Shown here piece after piece: positions 35,927-44,934 of a stretch of DNA of 58,749 nt. The stretch is from Planctomycetota bacterium. GTDB taxonomy: Bacteria > Planctomycetota > UBA1135 > UBA2386. How positions within the stretch are numbered: the stretch's first letter is position 1; the number at the start of each line of letters is the position of its first letter. The position numbers and the translations under genes are program-made. The stretch spans positions 1 to 58,749 of the forward strand of contig VGXW01000002.1 of assembly GCA_016873195.1 (NCBI GenBank), in the 5' to 3' direction. The notes beneath the pieces were generated by a model. That model was not told the origin of the DNA and did no database searches. It saw only the letters and a program-made list of their open reading frames with translations.

Positions 35927-38014
35927 CTACCGCCCTGCCGAAGTTGTCCCTGGAGCCCCCCGGCCCCAGCCTGAATCACCAGGAGTCGCCACCGCGGAGC
36001 GGACCTGACCGTCCGCCGCGCCGCGCGATTCCTGCTGCAGCAGCCGCCGCTCCGCGAGGCTTCTCGCCTGCAGGAGCAGCCGCGCTGCCGGCGGCGCAGC
36101 ATAGCTGCCGCCGTAGAACCGCGCATCATCGTCCTTCTGCATCACGCAGACCGCCAGCCAACGCGGCGCCTCGACCGGCAGGAAGCCGACGAAGCTCGCG
36201 TTGCGCACATTGACCTTGCCGCGCCCCTCGATGAAGACGTCGCTCGCCGCGGTGCCGGTCTTGCCGCCGATCAGGCCGTGCACGTCGATGCCCTCTTCCT
36301 TCAGCAAACGCTCGTGCAGGAAGTGCCCCGTCGCGTGCGGGTCGTCGCCAACGACGTCGACCATCGCCGCGCGCACGGCGTCGATCGCGCGTGGGGAGAA
36401 CTTCGCACCTGCGGGGGAAACCGGCGCGGGACGCCACTGCCCGTCGACCTCGACGCCGCGGCAGAGCCGCAGCTCGGAGCCGCCGCCGCGGAACAGCCGC
36501 AGGTAGGCGCGCGCGACCTGCAGGGCGTTCGCCATGAACTCGTAGCCGAAGCTGAACGAGACCGCGCTGTTGGCGCGGAACGACCGGACCGTGACCTGCG
36601 GGTCGAACGACCTGCGGCTCTCGCCCCCGAGCCTCTCGTGCGGCAGCTGCAGGCCCAGCGAGGCGCCGAAGCCGTAGAACCGCATGTAGGCGAACCACTG
36701 CTCGCGGTCGAGGCCGAGGCCCACGTAGGTCGCGCCGATGTTCGAGCTGTTGACGAGGATGCCGTGCGGCGTCAGCAGGCCACAGGCGTGGTCGTCGCGC
36801 ACGGGCTTGCGGCGGCCGAGCGAGCCGATGCGCGTCCCGTAGTCGCTGCTGCCCGGCGCGCAGTCGTAGACGTGGTCCCAGTCGAGGGTCCCCTGCTCGA
36901 GCGCGAACGCGAACACGAGCGGCTTCACGATCGAGCCGGGCTCGTAGAGGCTCTGGAACGGGGTCCACGACGCGGCCTCGGGGTGCTTCGCGTCGCGGTG
37001 CCAGGACGCCGCCGCCAGCACGTCGCCGGTCTCCACCTCGACCAGCACCAGCGCGCCCCACTTCGGGATCGTGACCGTGCCCTCGCGCGCGCCTCGTTCG
37101 CACTGCTCGGCGAGTTCGCGCTGGGCGACGCGCTGCAGGTCGAGGTCGAGCGTGCTGTGCAGCACCGCCGGCGGGGCCACTTCCTCCAGCGGCGGCAGGA
37201 AGTAGGGCCGGCGCCTGCCGTCGCTGCGGAACGACCGGCGCTCCGCCTGGCCCGCGGCGAGCTCCGGCAGGGCCTCGAGGCCGCACACGCCGACCGTCTG
37301 CAGCCCGAGCCGCCGGCCGTTTCCGTCCGTGCGCCAGGTCGTCTCGACGTGGCCCACCGAGCCGTGCGTGAGTTCGCGCTCGGGATAGGCGCGCTCGTAG
37401 GAGCGCAGGAAGTCGAGCGAGATCGAGGACCGGCGGTCGTCGAGCTCGCGCAGCGCGTCGATCACGGCGAGCGTGTCGACGCCGCCGAGCAGCCGCACGT
37501 CGGCCGCGGTGGCCTGCCCCTTGGGCAGCGGCGCGGTCGCGGGATCCGCGATGCCGGCCAGCGCCGGCGTGCCGAACTCGCGCGCGAACAGCTCCGCGAA
37601 CCGCCGCGCGTGCTCGCGCTCGGCCGCGCCGCGGTCGGCGAGCGAGGGTTCTGCCGCGACGGCGCGCGCGAGGTCGTCGGCCAGGGCGGACAGGTAGCCC
37701 AGGCAACCGAGCACGGTGCGCTGGTGGTCCCGGGGCACGGCGATCCGCGCGCGCACCTCGTAGACCTCGCGGTCGAGGGCCAGGAGGCTGCCGTTGCGGT
37801 CGAGGATCGTGCCGCGCGGCTGCGGCAGGACCTCGACGCTGGCACCCTGGCGCGCGGCGGTCGCGGCGACCAGCGGCAGCGGCGGCCGGTCCCCGCGCGG
37901 CAGTTCGCCGGCCTGCAGCACCTGCAGGTAGCCGAGCCACCCGGTCAGGAACAGCGGCACCGTGCCGAGCGCGCCGAACACGAAGCGCAGGCGCCAGCGT
38001 TCGCCGAGTCGCAC
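35927..38014 (-). CDS. ftsI: class B penicillin-binding protein (FtsI-type transpeptidase)
   Basis: The GTG start lies 5 nt after GGAGGG. The N-terminal TM segment is FVFGALGTVPLFLTGWLGYL. RGTILDRNGSLLA is dimerisation-domain-like. YEPGSIVKP (SxxK), SSN and KTGTA are the transpeptidase motifs. Confidence 0.8.
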   Translation of the reverse strand: MRLGERWRLRFVFGALGTVPLFLTGWLGYLQVLQAGELPRGDRPPLPLVAATAARQGASVEVLPQPRGTILDRNGSLLALDREVYEVRARIAVPRDHQRTVLGCLGYLSALADDLARAVAAEPSLADRGAAEREHARRFAELFAREFGTPALAGIADPATAPLPKGQATAADVRLLGGVDTLAVIDALRELDDRRSSISLDFLRSYERAYPERELTHGSVGHVETTWRTDGNGRRLGLQTVGVCGLEALPELAAGQAERRSFRSDGRRRPYFLPPLEEVAPPAVLHSTLDLDLQRVAQRELAEQCERGAREGTVTIPKWGALVLVEVETGDVLAAASWHRDAKHPEAASWTPFQSLYEPGSIVKPLVFAFALEQGTLDWDHVYDCAPGSSDYGTRIGSLGRRKPVRDDHACGLLTPHGILVNSSNIGATYVGLGLDREQWFAYMRFYGFGASLGLQLPHERLGGESRRSFDPQVTVRSFRANSAVSFSFGYEFMANALQVARAYLRLFRGGGSELRLCRGVEVDGQWRPAPVSPAGAKFSPRAIDAVRAAMVDVVGDDPHATGHFLHERLLKEEGIDVHGLIGGKTGTAASDVFIEGRGKVNVRNASFVGFLPVEAPRWLAVCVMQKDDDARFYGGSYAAPPAARLLLQARSLAERRLLQQESRGAADGQVRSAVATPGDSGWGRGAPGTTSAGR

Positions 38015-38265
38015 TGGATCCCTCCGCGGCGCCGCGCGTCCTCGGCGAGCAGGTGCGCCCGATGCGCCGCGGCGAGCCGCTCCGGCGCAGCCGCCTCGAG
38101 CTGCTCGATCGACAGCCGCCGGTACTCGACGATGCGGTCCTGCACGTCGCGGTAGAGGTCCTCGAGGCCGTGCCGCCCCATCGCGTTCTCGGCGCGGATC
38201 GCGGCCGTGCCGATCGCCATCGCGACGGCGAGCGCGAACAGGAGCCCGGCCAGGAGCCACTTCAT
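37945..38265 (-). CDS. FtsL-like small bitopic membrane protein
   Basis: MKWLLAGLLFALAVAMAIGTAAI is a TM segment, followed by a helical region. It occupies the ftsL position, with an ATGA overlap with the rsmH stop. Its last 70 nt overlap the chosen ftsI start. There is no sequence-level identification. Confidence 0.4.
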   Translation of the reverse strand: MKWLLAGLLFALAVAMAIGTAAIRAENAMGRHGLEDLYRDVQDRIVEYRRLSIEQLEAAAPERLAAAHRAHLLAEDARRRGGIQCDSANAGACASCSARSARCRCS

Positions 38266-39209
38266 GCCGCCGCCTCCGGTTTCCGGCCGCAGCGCAGCTT
38301 GGCGCTGCGTGCGCGCGGATTGTCGGCCACCTCGGCGGCTCCCGCCTCGATCGGCTTCCTGGTGACCACCTCGGTGTGCTCGCGCAGGAAGTGCTTGACG
38401 ACGCGGTCCTCGACCGAATGGAAGGAGATCACGGCGAGCCGGCCGCCCGGCACGAGGCAGTCCAGCGCCGCCGCGAGGCCGCGCCGCAGCTCCCCGAGTT
38501 CGTCGTTGACGGCCATGCGGATCGCCTGGAACGTGCGCGTCGCCGGGTGGATGCGGCCCCGGCGCGCCGGGCCGGGCAGCGCCCGCACGACGAGGTCGGC
38601 GAGCTGTCGCGTGCGCAGGATCGGCGTCTTGCGCCGCGCCGCGACGATCGCCGCGGCGATGCGGCGGCTGTGGCGCTCGTCGCCGAGCTGGAACAGCGCG
38701 TCCGCGAGTTCGGTTTCGCCGACGGTCGCGAGCCACTCGGCGGCCGTGACCCCCGCCGTGGCGTCCATGCGCATGTCGAGAGGCCCGTCGGCCATGAACG
38801 AGAAGCCCCGCTCGGGACGATCCAGCTGGAGAGAACTCACGCCGAGGTCGAGCAGCACGCGATCGCAGCCGGTCAGTCCAGCATCTGCCAGCGCGTCGCG
38901 CATGCCCGCATGGGGAAGGTGGTGCAGCGAGACCCTGACCCCTGCGCCGGACGCGCTCGCGCCGTCCGCCAGCGCGGCTCGCGCCGAGGCCAGGATCTCG
39001 CTGTCCCGATCGAGGCCGACCAAGCGCCCGGTCGGACCGATGGCCCGCACGATTGCCCTCGCGTGCCCCCCGGCTCCTACCGTACCATCGACGACCACGA
39101 GCCCGTCCCGGAGCTCGAGGATCGCCAGCGTCTCGGACAACAGCACCGGCAGGTGGACCGGTTGCCTAGACCCGTCCCCGCCGTTGCCGTTCGTGCCCGT
39201 CGTGTCCAT
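38262..39209 (-). CDS. rsmH: 16S rRNA (cytosine1402-N4)-methyltransferase
   Basis: HLPVLLSETL, VDGTVGAGGHA, DLGVSSLQLD, RGFSF and ISFHSVEDRVVK motifs. Confidence 0.9.
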   Translation of the reverse strand: MDTTGTNGNGGDGSRQPVHLPVLLSETLAILELRDGLVVVDGTVGAGGHARAIVRAIGPTGRLVGLDRDSEILASARAALADGASASGAGVRVSLHHLPHAGMRDALADAGLTGCDRVLLDLGVSSLQLDRPERGFSFMADGPLDMRMDATAGVTAAEWLATVGETELADALFQLGDERHSRRIAAAIVAARRKTPILRTRQLADLVVRALPGPARRGRIHPATRTFQAIRMAVNDELGELRRGLAAALDCLVPGGRLAVISFHSVEDRVVKHFLREHTEVVTRKPIEAGAAEVADNPRARSAKLRCGRKPEAAA

Positions 39210-39247
39210 GCGCTACTTCCCTTGACCACCCGACAGCAGTCGCAGAA

Positions 39248-39272
39248 CCCGCACCCAGACCGTAGGTGCGGG
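39248..39272 (-). promoter_or_regulatory. 8-bp-stem hairpin in the mraZ-rsmH spacer
   Basis: cccgcacc at 39248-39255 pairs with ggtgcggg at 39265-39272. In gene sense the hairpin is followed by TTCTGCG. It could be a partial attenuator or an mRNA-stabilising hairpin. Confidence 0.3.
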
Positions 39273-39290
39273 AGCACGGGACGCCCGCGA

Positions 39291-39767
39291 TCAGGACTCG
39301 CGAGTGGGCGCCGATGGCTTGGTTGGCTCGATCAAACCTGCAAAGAGCGTCTCTTCCTCGGGCGTCGCCTCCGCCAGCGCCGTGCCGAGGTGGGCAGGCG
39401 ACCAGATCTCGGCGACCCGGCCCATGCCCACCAGCACGGCGGGCCGGCTGGTTTCGAGACCCGCGTAGTTCAACAGCGGCTCGGGGATTCGGATCCGCCG
39501 ATTGCCGTCCGGCACGACCTCCTCGGAGTGGCCGAGGAACCGTCGACACAGGGCCCGGTGGGCGCGGCTGCCAGGTACGGCCCTACCGATCCGGTCGACG
39601 AGTTCCTCGAAACCCTTGGCGTCGTGCAGGAGCAGGCAGCGGTCCAGCCCGGCGGTCAGGAAGAACTTCCAGTGGTTCTGCGGAACCTCGCCGAGGATCC
39701 GACCGGGCAGGATGAGCCTGCCCTTGTCGTCGAGCGTGTGTTCCGAGCTTCCAAAGAAGGTCACCAT
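39291..39767 (-). CDS. mraZ: transcriptional regulator MraZ
   Basis: FFGSSEHTLDDKGRLILPGRI and PDGNRRIRIPEPLLNYAGL are the two SpoVT/AbrB-like DxxxR repeats typical of MraZ. Confidence 0.9.
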   Translation of the reverse strand: MVTFFGSSEHTLDDKGRLILPGRILGEVPQNHWKFFLTAGLDRCLLLHDAKGFEELVDRIGRAVPGSRAHRALCRRFLGHSEEVVPDGNRRIRIPEPLLNYAGLETSRPAVLVGMGRVAEIWSPAHLGTALAEATPEEETLFAGLIEPTKPSAPTRES

Positions 39768-39806
39768 GACACCGAGACCGGAGCGGTTGCTTGCTGTTGC
39801 TGCCGG

Positions 39807-39888
39807 AGAGTAGCGAGCGAACCACCCCTGTCAACCCCGAGAAACCACGAAACACCCGGCCTCAACCCGCGAATTCCACCCAGAACCC
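39807..39888 (-). promoter_or_regulatory. mraZ promoter candidate overlapped by phased GGGT direct repeats (putative MraZ operator)
   Basis: Gene sense reads TTGACA (39829-39834), a 16-nt spacer, then TACTCT (39807-39812). GGGT or GTGGT repeats begin on the plus strand (ACCC) at 39824, 39834, 39844, 39854 and 39865, a 10-11 bp period. Two more lie at 39878 and 39885. Confidence 0.45.
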
Positions 39889-40022
39889 CGCCAGGGTAGA
39901 ACTCGTGGGGCCCGTGGCACGGCGGCTCCCCCATCGCATGCGATGGATGGAGTCCGGAACCAGCCCAGAAATCTTCTGCAGAATCCCGCCGCCAGGGCAT
40001 CGTTGCCACGGCGGAGCCAACC

Positions 40023-40610
40023 ATGAAACGCGCACTCCCTCTCGCACTCCTGCTGCTGTGGTCTGCCTGCTCCAGCGGCGAACTCGTCGGCATCCACGTC
40101 GCGCTCGCCAAGGACGGCTCGGGCACCGTCACGACCCGCTCGCTCGTCGACCCTGCGACGCCGAGCCCGGCCGAAGCGCGCAGCCAGGGCGTGACCTGGA
40201 GCGCGCGCGCGTCGCTGCACTGTGCGCAGGGCCGGTTCCAGCAGCTCGCCGACCTCAAGATCGGCGACGGCGGGCTGCGCTTCTCGCCGCGCCTGGGCGA
40301 CGACCAGCCGCACCTGCGCGTCTTCGTGCCGCGCGGCCCCGCGGTCGAGTGGGTCAGGGCGCTGGTGCCCGACCAGGCAGCCCGCCGCGGCATGGCGAAG
40401 GTCTACGATCCGACCGGTCGCACGGCCGAGATCGGCGAGGCCGTGCGCATCGAGATCACCGTGCCGGGCGAAGTCGTCGCGTCCGACGTGCACCCGGGCG
40501 GCCGCGGCGTCGAGGCGGCGCACGAGAAGAAGCGCGCCTACCTGATCGTGCCGGTGAAGGCGGCGCTCGAGGCCGGCGAGGAACTGGTCTGGGACGTCAG
40601 CTGGCGCTGA
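40023..40610 (+). CDS. hypothetical lipoprotein
   Basis: MKRALPLALLLLWSAC is a signal peptide with a lipobox Cys. Third-position GC bias is coding-like. No family is recognised. Confidence 0.55.
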   Translation: MKRALPLALLLLWSACSSGELVGIHVALAKDGSGTVTTRSLVDPATPSPAEARSQGVTWSARASLHCAQGRFQQLADLKIGDGGLRFSPRLGDDQPHLRVFVPRGPAVEWVRALVPDQAARRGMAKVYDPTGRTAEIGEAVRIEITVPGEVVASDVHPGGRGVEAAHEKKRAYLIVPVKAALEAGEELVWDVSWR

Positions 40611-40620
40611 CCGCCGGGCC

Positions 40621-41151
40621 CTACTCGCCCCCCGCACCTTCCTTGTTCGCCTGCTCGCCGAGCGCGGCGAGCAGCTCCTGCTTGACCGCGCCGAGGTCGT
40701 CGAGCGCGATCGCGGGCGCGAACAGCAGCACCGGCGGCGCGTCCTTCTGCTTCGGATCGACGACGACGAGGTCGGCCCGTTCCTGCTCGGCGTTCGCCGG
40801 CCGCACCATGCGCAGCGCGCGTTTCCTCAGCAGCAGCAGCGCGCAGAAGTAGCGCAGCGCGCGCGCGCGGTCGTCGTCGAGACCGCCGAGCCGGTCGAAC
40901 AGGAGGCGCAGCGACACGAGGTCGAGCACGGGTTCCCTGCTGCCCGGGCTCTTGCGCAGCGCGCGCCAGAAGATCGGCGGCTCGGTCCCCTGGCAACGCC
41001 GTTCGTAGTCGAGGAAGCACGCGTCGCACAGGTCGCGCCGCACGCACGAAGGCCACTCGAGCACGGCGTACCACGACCGGCTCGTCGGCAACGGGCAACC
41101 GGGCTTGTCACAGCCCCTGCGGTCGCGGTGGATCTTCCATTCGTCAACCAT
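40621..41151 (-). CDS. hypothetical Cys-rich protein (possible zinc-binding N-terminus)
   Basis: 176 aa with N-terminal Cys pattern C14, C19, C36, C42, C45, C53. Amino-acid composition is balanced, unlike the GC-artefact ORFs. It starts 27 nt downstream of the HEAT lipoprotein gene. Confidence 0.5.
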   Translation of the reverse strand: MVDEWKIHRDRRGCDKPGCPLPTSRSWYAVLEWPSCVRRDLCDACFLDYERRCQGTEPPIFWRALRKSPGSREPVLDLVSLRLLFDRLGGLDDDRARALRYFCALLLLRKRALRMVRPANAEQERADLVVVDPKQKDAPPVLLFAPAIALDDLGAVKQELLAALGEQANKEGAGGE

Positions 41152-41178
41152 CGTGGTCTTCCCTGCCGCGCCCTGCGG

Positions 41179-42096
41179 TCAGCGCCCGTCCGGCGCCGGT
41201 TGCCAGCCCTGCGCCCACTTGCGCCAGGCTTCGACCGTGCGCGGCGTGCGGCTGCCGGACAGGCGCCGCAGCGTTTCCTGCGCCGCCCGCTCGCCGCGCG
41301 CGTCCCGCTCCCGCTCGCAGCGCGCGAGGTAGTCGATCAACGCGCCCGCGACCTGCGGCGACGGATGCTCGGCGAGGGCCTTCGCGGCCCGCTGCCGCGC
41401 GTAGGCATCCACGTCGTCGCGCAGCGCGGTCAGCAGCAGGTCGCGCGCGGCCGGGCCCATGCCGGCCGGCAGGCTGCCCAGCGCGTCGGCGCGCACCGTG
41501 TACTCGCCGTCCGCGGCGAGCCGGCGCAGCGCCGCGAACGCGGCCTCGCCGCCGACCGCGCCGAGCGCGCGCGCCGCGGCCCGGCGGTGCCGCGCCTGCC
41601 GGTCCGCGGCGAGCGAGAGCAGCGCCGGCAGGGCCGGCGCGCCGATCCGCGCGACCAGTTCGATGCCGAGTTCGCGCGGCTGCGGCTGCGGGTTGCGCAG
41701 CAGATCGCCGACGATCACCGGCACCGCCAGCGCGCCGAGCGAGTGGATCTCGGCGAGCGCGCGCGTCTCGACGGGATCCTCGATGCGCGCGGCGGCGCGC
41801 AGCACCTCCTGGTCCTCGCCGAGCGGCCGCCCCTCGCGCACCGCGAACAGGTCGCGCACGAGCATGCGCGCGAACCACGCGATCGCCACGGGGTCGCGCT
41901 CCAGTCCGGCGCGCAGCGCGGGGTAGTCGGGCGTGCCCTCGCGGTAGGCGCGTTCGGCGACCTTGCACTGCTGCGCCTGGGCCGGCGTCAGCTTGCCGGG
42001 GTCGTAGAGAACCTCGGTGCTGGCGCACGCCGCGAGCAGTGCGGCCGCGCCGAAGGCGACCGGGCCGGGGCAGCGAGCCGGGCGGAACGTGCGCAT
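41179..42096 (-). CDS. HEAT-repeat lipoprotein
   Basis: The internal ATG gives MRTFRPARCPGPVAFGAAALLAAC, which contains a lipobox. Repeated helical motifs follow, of the form LGALAVPVIVGDLL, IGAPALPALLSLAADRQARHRRAAARALG and DAYARQRAAKALA. Confidence 0.6.
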   Translation of the reverse strand: MRTFRPARCPGPVAFGAAALLAACASTEVLYDPGKLTPAQAQQCKVAERAYREGTPDYPALRAGLERDPVAIAWFARMLVRDLFAVREGRPLGEDQEVLRAAARIEDPVETRALAEIHSLGALAVPVIVGDLLRNPQPQPRELGIELVARIGAPALPALLSLAADRQARHRRAAARALGAVGGEAAFAALRRLAADGEYTVRADALGSLPAGMGPAARDLLLTALRDDVDAYARQRAAKALAEHPSPQVAGALIDYLARCERERDARGERAAQETLRRLSGSRTPRTVEAWRKWAQGWQPAPDGR

Positions 42097-42215
42097 CCGG
42101 CTACGTCTACCCGTTCGAGGGCCCGGGCTCCAGACCGGCTCTTCGCTGGATCCCCGGTCGACGCGCCGCCATGCTGCGGGCGCGGCGCGAGCGCCGCCGC
42201 GAACCACCCCACCGC

Positions 42216-42440
42216 ATGGACATCAACCTGAAGCGCGGCCTGCCCGGCATGGGCGGCATGTCCCAGATCCCCACCGCCCTGCCGACGCTGCTGCTGGTCC
42301 TCGGCTGCGGCGCGATCGGCTTCGGCCTGCTGCTGCTCTGGAACGAGTGGCTGCTGCGCTGGCTCGTCGCCGGCGTGGGGCTGCTGGCCGGCGGCGTGCT
42401 GCTGCTGACCGGGCTGCGCGCGAAGAAGATGCTCGGCTGA
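42216..42440 (+). CDS. small two-TM membrane protein (hypothetical)
   Basis: An internal ATG of ORF 42039..42440 gives MDINLKRGLPGMGGMSQIPTALPTLLLVLGCGAIGFGLLLLW...VAGVGLLAGGVLLLTGL. The upstream 59 codons are Arg-rich and were rejected. Confidence 0.35.
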   Translation: MDINLKRGLPGMGGMSQIPTALPTLLLVLGCGAIGFGLLLLWNEWLLRWLVAGVGLLAGGVLLLTGLRAKKMLG

Positions 42441-42453
42441 TCCCGGCCCGGCA

Positions 42454-44934
42454 CTACTGCACGATGCCGATCCGTTCGCGCGCGGCGTAGCCGGTGCGGT
42501 CGCCGGCGCGCACGCGCAGGAACGCGCCCTGGTCGCCGCCGAGCACCTCGAGCTCCTTGCCCGCGCGCACGGTCGCGACCGGCTCGAGCCCGGTCCGCGG
42601 TTCCGCCACGATCGGCAGTTCCGCGAGCGCGATGCCGAGCGGCGGTCGCGCGGGACCGAGCCAGAGCACCTCCGCGGCGAGCCACGCGGCGGGCACGAGG
42701 AACAGGGCGCCGATCCAGCGTTGGCCGACGCGGCGCCAGCCGAACAGCAGGCAACCGGCCGCCGCAAGCATGCCGCAGCAGCACAACCACGCGCGCTCGG
42801 CGGGCGACAGCAGGTCGCGCAGCGCCGCGAGTTCGGCGAGGAAGCCGGCGGGCTCGGCCTCGAGCTGCAGCTGCCGGCGCAAGAGGCGCAGGTTCGCGAG
42901 CAGTTCCGCGTCGCGCGGCAGGCCGAGCCGCGCCGACTCGTAGGCCCACCGCGCGCGCGGCAGGTCGCCGAGCCGGTAGAAGCAGTTGCCGCGCGCGCGC
43001 AAGAGGCGCCGGTCGCCGGTCGCCGCGAAGGCCTCGGCGAAGCCCCGTTCGGCCGCGCGGTGGTCGCCCGCGCGGTAGGCGGCGACCGCCGCGGCGGCCG
43101 GGTCGGCCTGCGCCAGCAGGCCGGGTGCGGAGCCCGCGAGCAGCGGCAGCAACAGGAACGGCAGGAGGCAGCGCACGCCGAAGCGGTGGCCCTCGAGCCG
43201 CGCGGCGAGCGCCGCGACGGTCGGAGCCGGCAGCGCGCGGCCGCCGCCGTAGCGCGCGGCGGTGCCGGCCTCGACGGTCGCCGCGACCTCGGCCGCGAGG
43301 TCCGGCGGCAGGCCGGCCGCGGTGAGCCGCGGCGCGAGGTCGGGCGCGATGATCGCCGGGCCGGGCACGCCGAGCCGGTCGCCGAGGTAGGCGGCGAGCG
43401 CGTCGAGCGGCTCGCCGCCGGCCGCGAGGGCCTTCTGGCAGGCCCGCAGCGCCGCGCGGGCGCGCCGGCCGTCGACGTCGGCGGCGAGCGCGCGGGCGGC
43501 GCGCAGCAACAGGCTCGCGGCGAGCGCGAGCACCCAGGGCCCGAGTGCCAGGAGCCAGCCCGTCCAGGCCGGCAGCGCGCGCGTCCGCAGCGGCGGTCCG
43601 CCGAGGTCCGGCAGGTCGTAGACGTCGTCCTTGCCCGGCGTCACCGACTTCGCCGCGGCGTCCGGCAGCGGCGCCAGCGTCTCGCCGTCCGCGAGCGGCA
43701 GCACGTGCAGGCGCAGCGGCTGTGTATCGACGGCGACGAACTTCTCGACGCCCGGCGTCGTGTCGAAGTAGTTCCAGGAGATCGGCGGCACCTGCGTCAC
43801 GTCCGCCGTCAGCGGCGCGAGGTCGTAGGTGACGACGACCTTGTCGGCGCTGCGCCGGGTCTCGGCTTCGCCGAGCTTGTGGAAACCCGGCAGGTCCTCG
43901 ACCGCCGGCAGGCGCAGGAACTCGAGGTTGCCCTGGCCGCTGACCGTCAGCGTGAGCTTGACCGAACTGCCGACCTTGACCGTGTCCTTGTCGAGCCCGG
44001 CGTCGAGCCGGAACCGGCCGACCGCGCCGTAGAACGGCGTCGGCCGTCCTGCCTCCGGGATCGGCAGCACCTCGATCACGATCGGCTTGCCGAACACGTA
44101 GTAGTTGTCGGTCTGCTGTCCGCGCGCGCGGCCGAACACGTCCTGCTGGCCTTCGCGCAGCAGCACGTGGTAGCGCAGCATCGGCGCCGGCAGTTCGAGC
44201 CTGCCGATCTGCGTCGGCAGGAACGCGCGTTCGAACGAGAACTTCTGCCACTGCTGCCCGTCGCGCACGAAGTCGCCGTCGAAGTTCGCCTGGAACAGCT
44301 GCCGGTTGCCGACGACGAGCCGGGTGTCGCCCTGCGGCGGCGGCAGTTCGATGCGTTCGCCGCCCGGGAACTCGGCGAGCCAGCCCGCCTGCACCTCGAC
44401 GTCGAGGTAGCGGTAGCGGTCGTAGACATCCTGCACGAGGCGCAGGCCCTGCTGGATGCCGAACTCGACGTGCACGCGCAGCGGCTCGTGCACGTAGACG
44501 CGGCGCGGCTCGACGCGCACGTCGAGCCAGCCGAGTTCCTCGCCGCGCAGGTCCTTGCGCACGTCGAGGCGCAGTTCGGGCGTCTCTTGCTCGCGGGTGC
44601 CGGTCCAGATCGGGAACGGCGGCACGGCGAACCGGCCCTCGGCAGCGGGGCGCAGCGACAGGATGTAGGTGACGGTCAGGTTCTCGGTCAGCGTGCGGCC
44701 GTCGAAGAACGACGTGCTGCTGCGCGACGGCGCCGACAGCTCGAGGGCGAGGCCCGGCACCACGGGCAGCTGCGGCGCGCGCGGGTCGGCGGTGCGGCCG
44801 TCGATGCGCAGCACCACGTTCGCGGCGTCGCCGAGCCGGATCGTCGCCGGGTTCGGGCCCTGCACGGACAGCTTCTCCTGGGCCGGCAGCAGGGCGGCGA
44901 ACAGCAGTGCTGGGGCGAACACGGCGCGCGCCAT
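42454..44934 (-). CDS. batD: BatD-like protein fused to BatE-like TPR/SH3 module
   Basis: The internal ATG overlaps the batC stop. The signal peptide is MARAVFAPALLFAALLPAQE. It is followed by a long beta-rich BatD-like region, TM segments, TPR-like AAVAAYRAGDHRAAERGFAEAF...FYRLGDLPRARWAYESA, two TM segments and an SH3-like tail VRAGKELEVLGGDQGAFLRVRAGDRTGYA. Confidence 0.7.
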   Translation of the reverse strand: MARAVFAPALLFAALLPAQEKLSVQGPNPATIRLGDAANVVLRIDGRTADPRAPQLPVVPGLALELSAPSRSSTSFFDGRTLTENLTVTYILSLRPAAEGRFAVPPFPIWTGTREQETPELRLDVRKDLRGEELGWLDVRVEPRRVYVHEPLRVHVEFGIQQGLRLVQDVYDRYRYLDVEVQAGWLAEFPGGERIELPPPQGDTRLVVGNRQLFQANFDGDFVRDGQQWQKFSFERAFLPTQIGRLELPAPMLRYHVLLREGQQDVFGRARGQQTDNYYVFGKPIVIEVLPIPEAGRPTPFYGAVGRFRLDAGLDKDTVKVGSSVKLTLTVSGQGNLEFLRLPAVEDLPGFHKLGEAETRRSADKVVVTYDLAPLTADVTQVPPISWNYFDTTPGVEKFVAVDTQPLRLHVLPLADGETLAPLPDAAAKSVTPGKDDVYDLPDLGGPPLRTRALPAWTGWLLALGPWVLALAASLLLRAARALAADVDGRRARAALRACQKALAAGGEPLDALAAYLGDRLGVPGPAIIAPDLAPRLTAAGLPPDLAAEVAATVEAGTAARYGGGRALPAPTVAALAARLEGHRFGVRCLLPFLLLPLLAGSAPGLLAQADPAAAAVAAYRAGDHRAAERGFAEAFAATGDRRLLRARGNCFYRLGDLPRARWAYESARLGLPRDAELLANLRLLRRQLQLEAEPAGFLAELAALRDLLSPAERAWLCCCGMLAAAGCLLFGWRRVGQRWIGALFLVPAAWLAAEVLWLGPARPPLGIALAELPIVAEPRTGLEPVATVRAGKELEVLGGDQGAFLRVRAGDRTGYAARERIGIVQ

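Noticed and set aside
42039-42215. The N-terminal 59 codons of ORF 42039..42440, and similarly the long N-terminal extensions of the pilQ, moxR, HEAT, rplD, rplE and hpf track ORFs.
   Set aside because: The extensions are Arg/Pro-rich and lack homologous sequence. They overlap neighbouring genes or divergent promoters. Internal starts with Shine-Dalgarno sequences or stop/start overlaps fit better.
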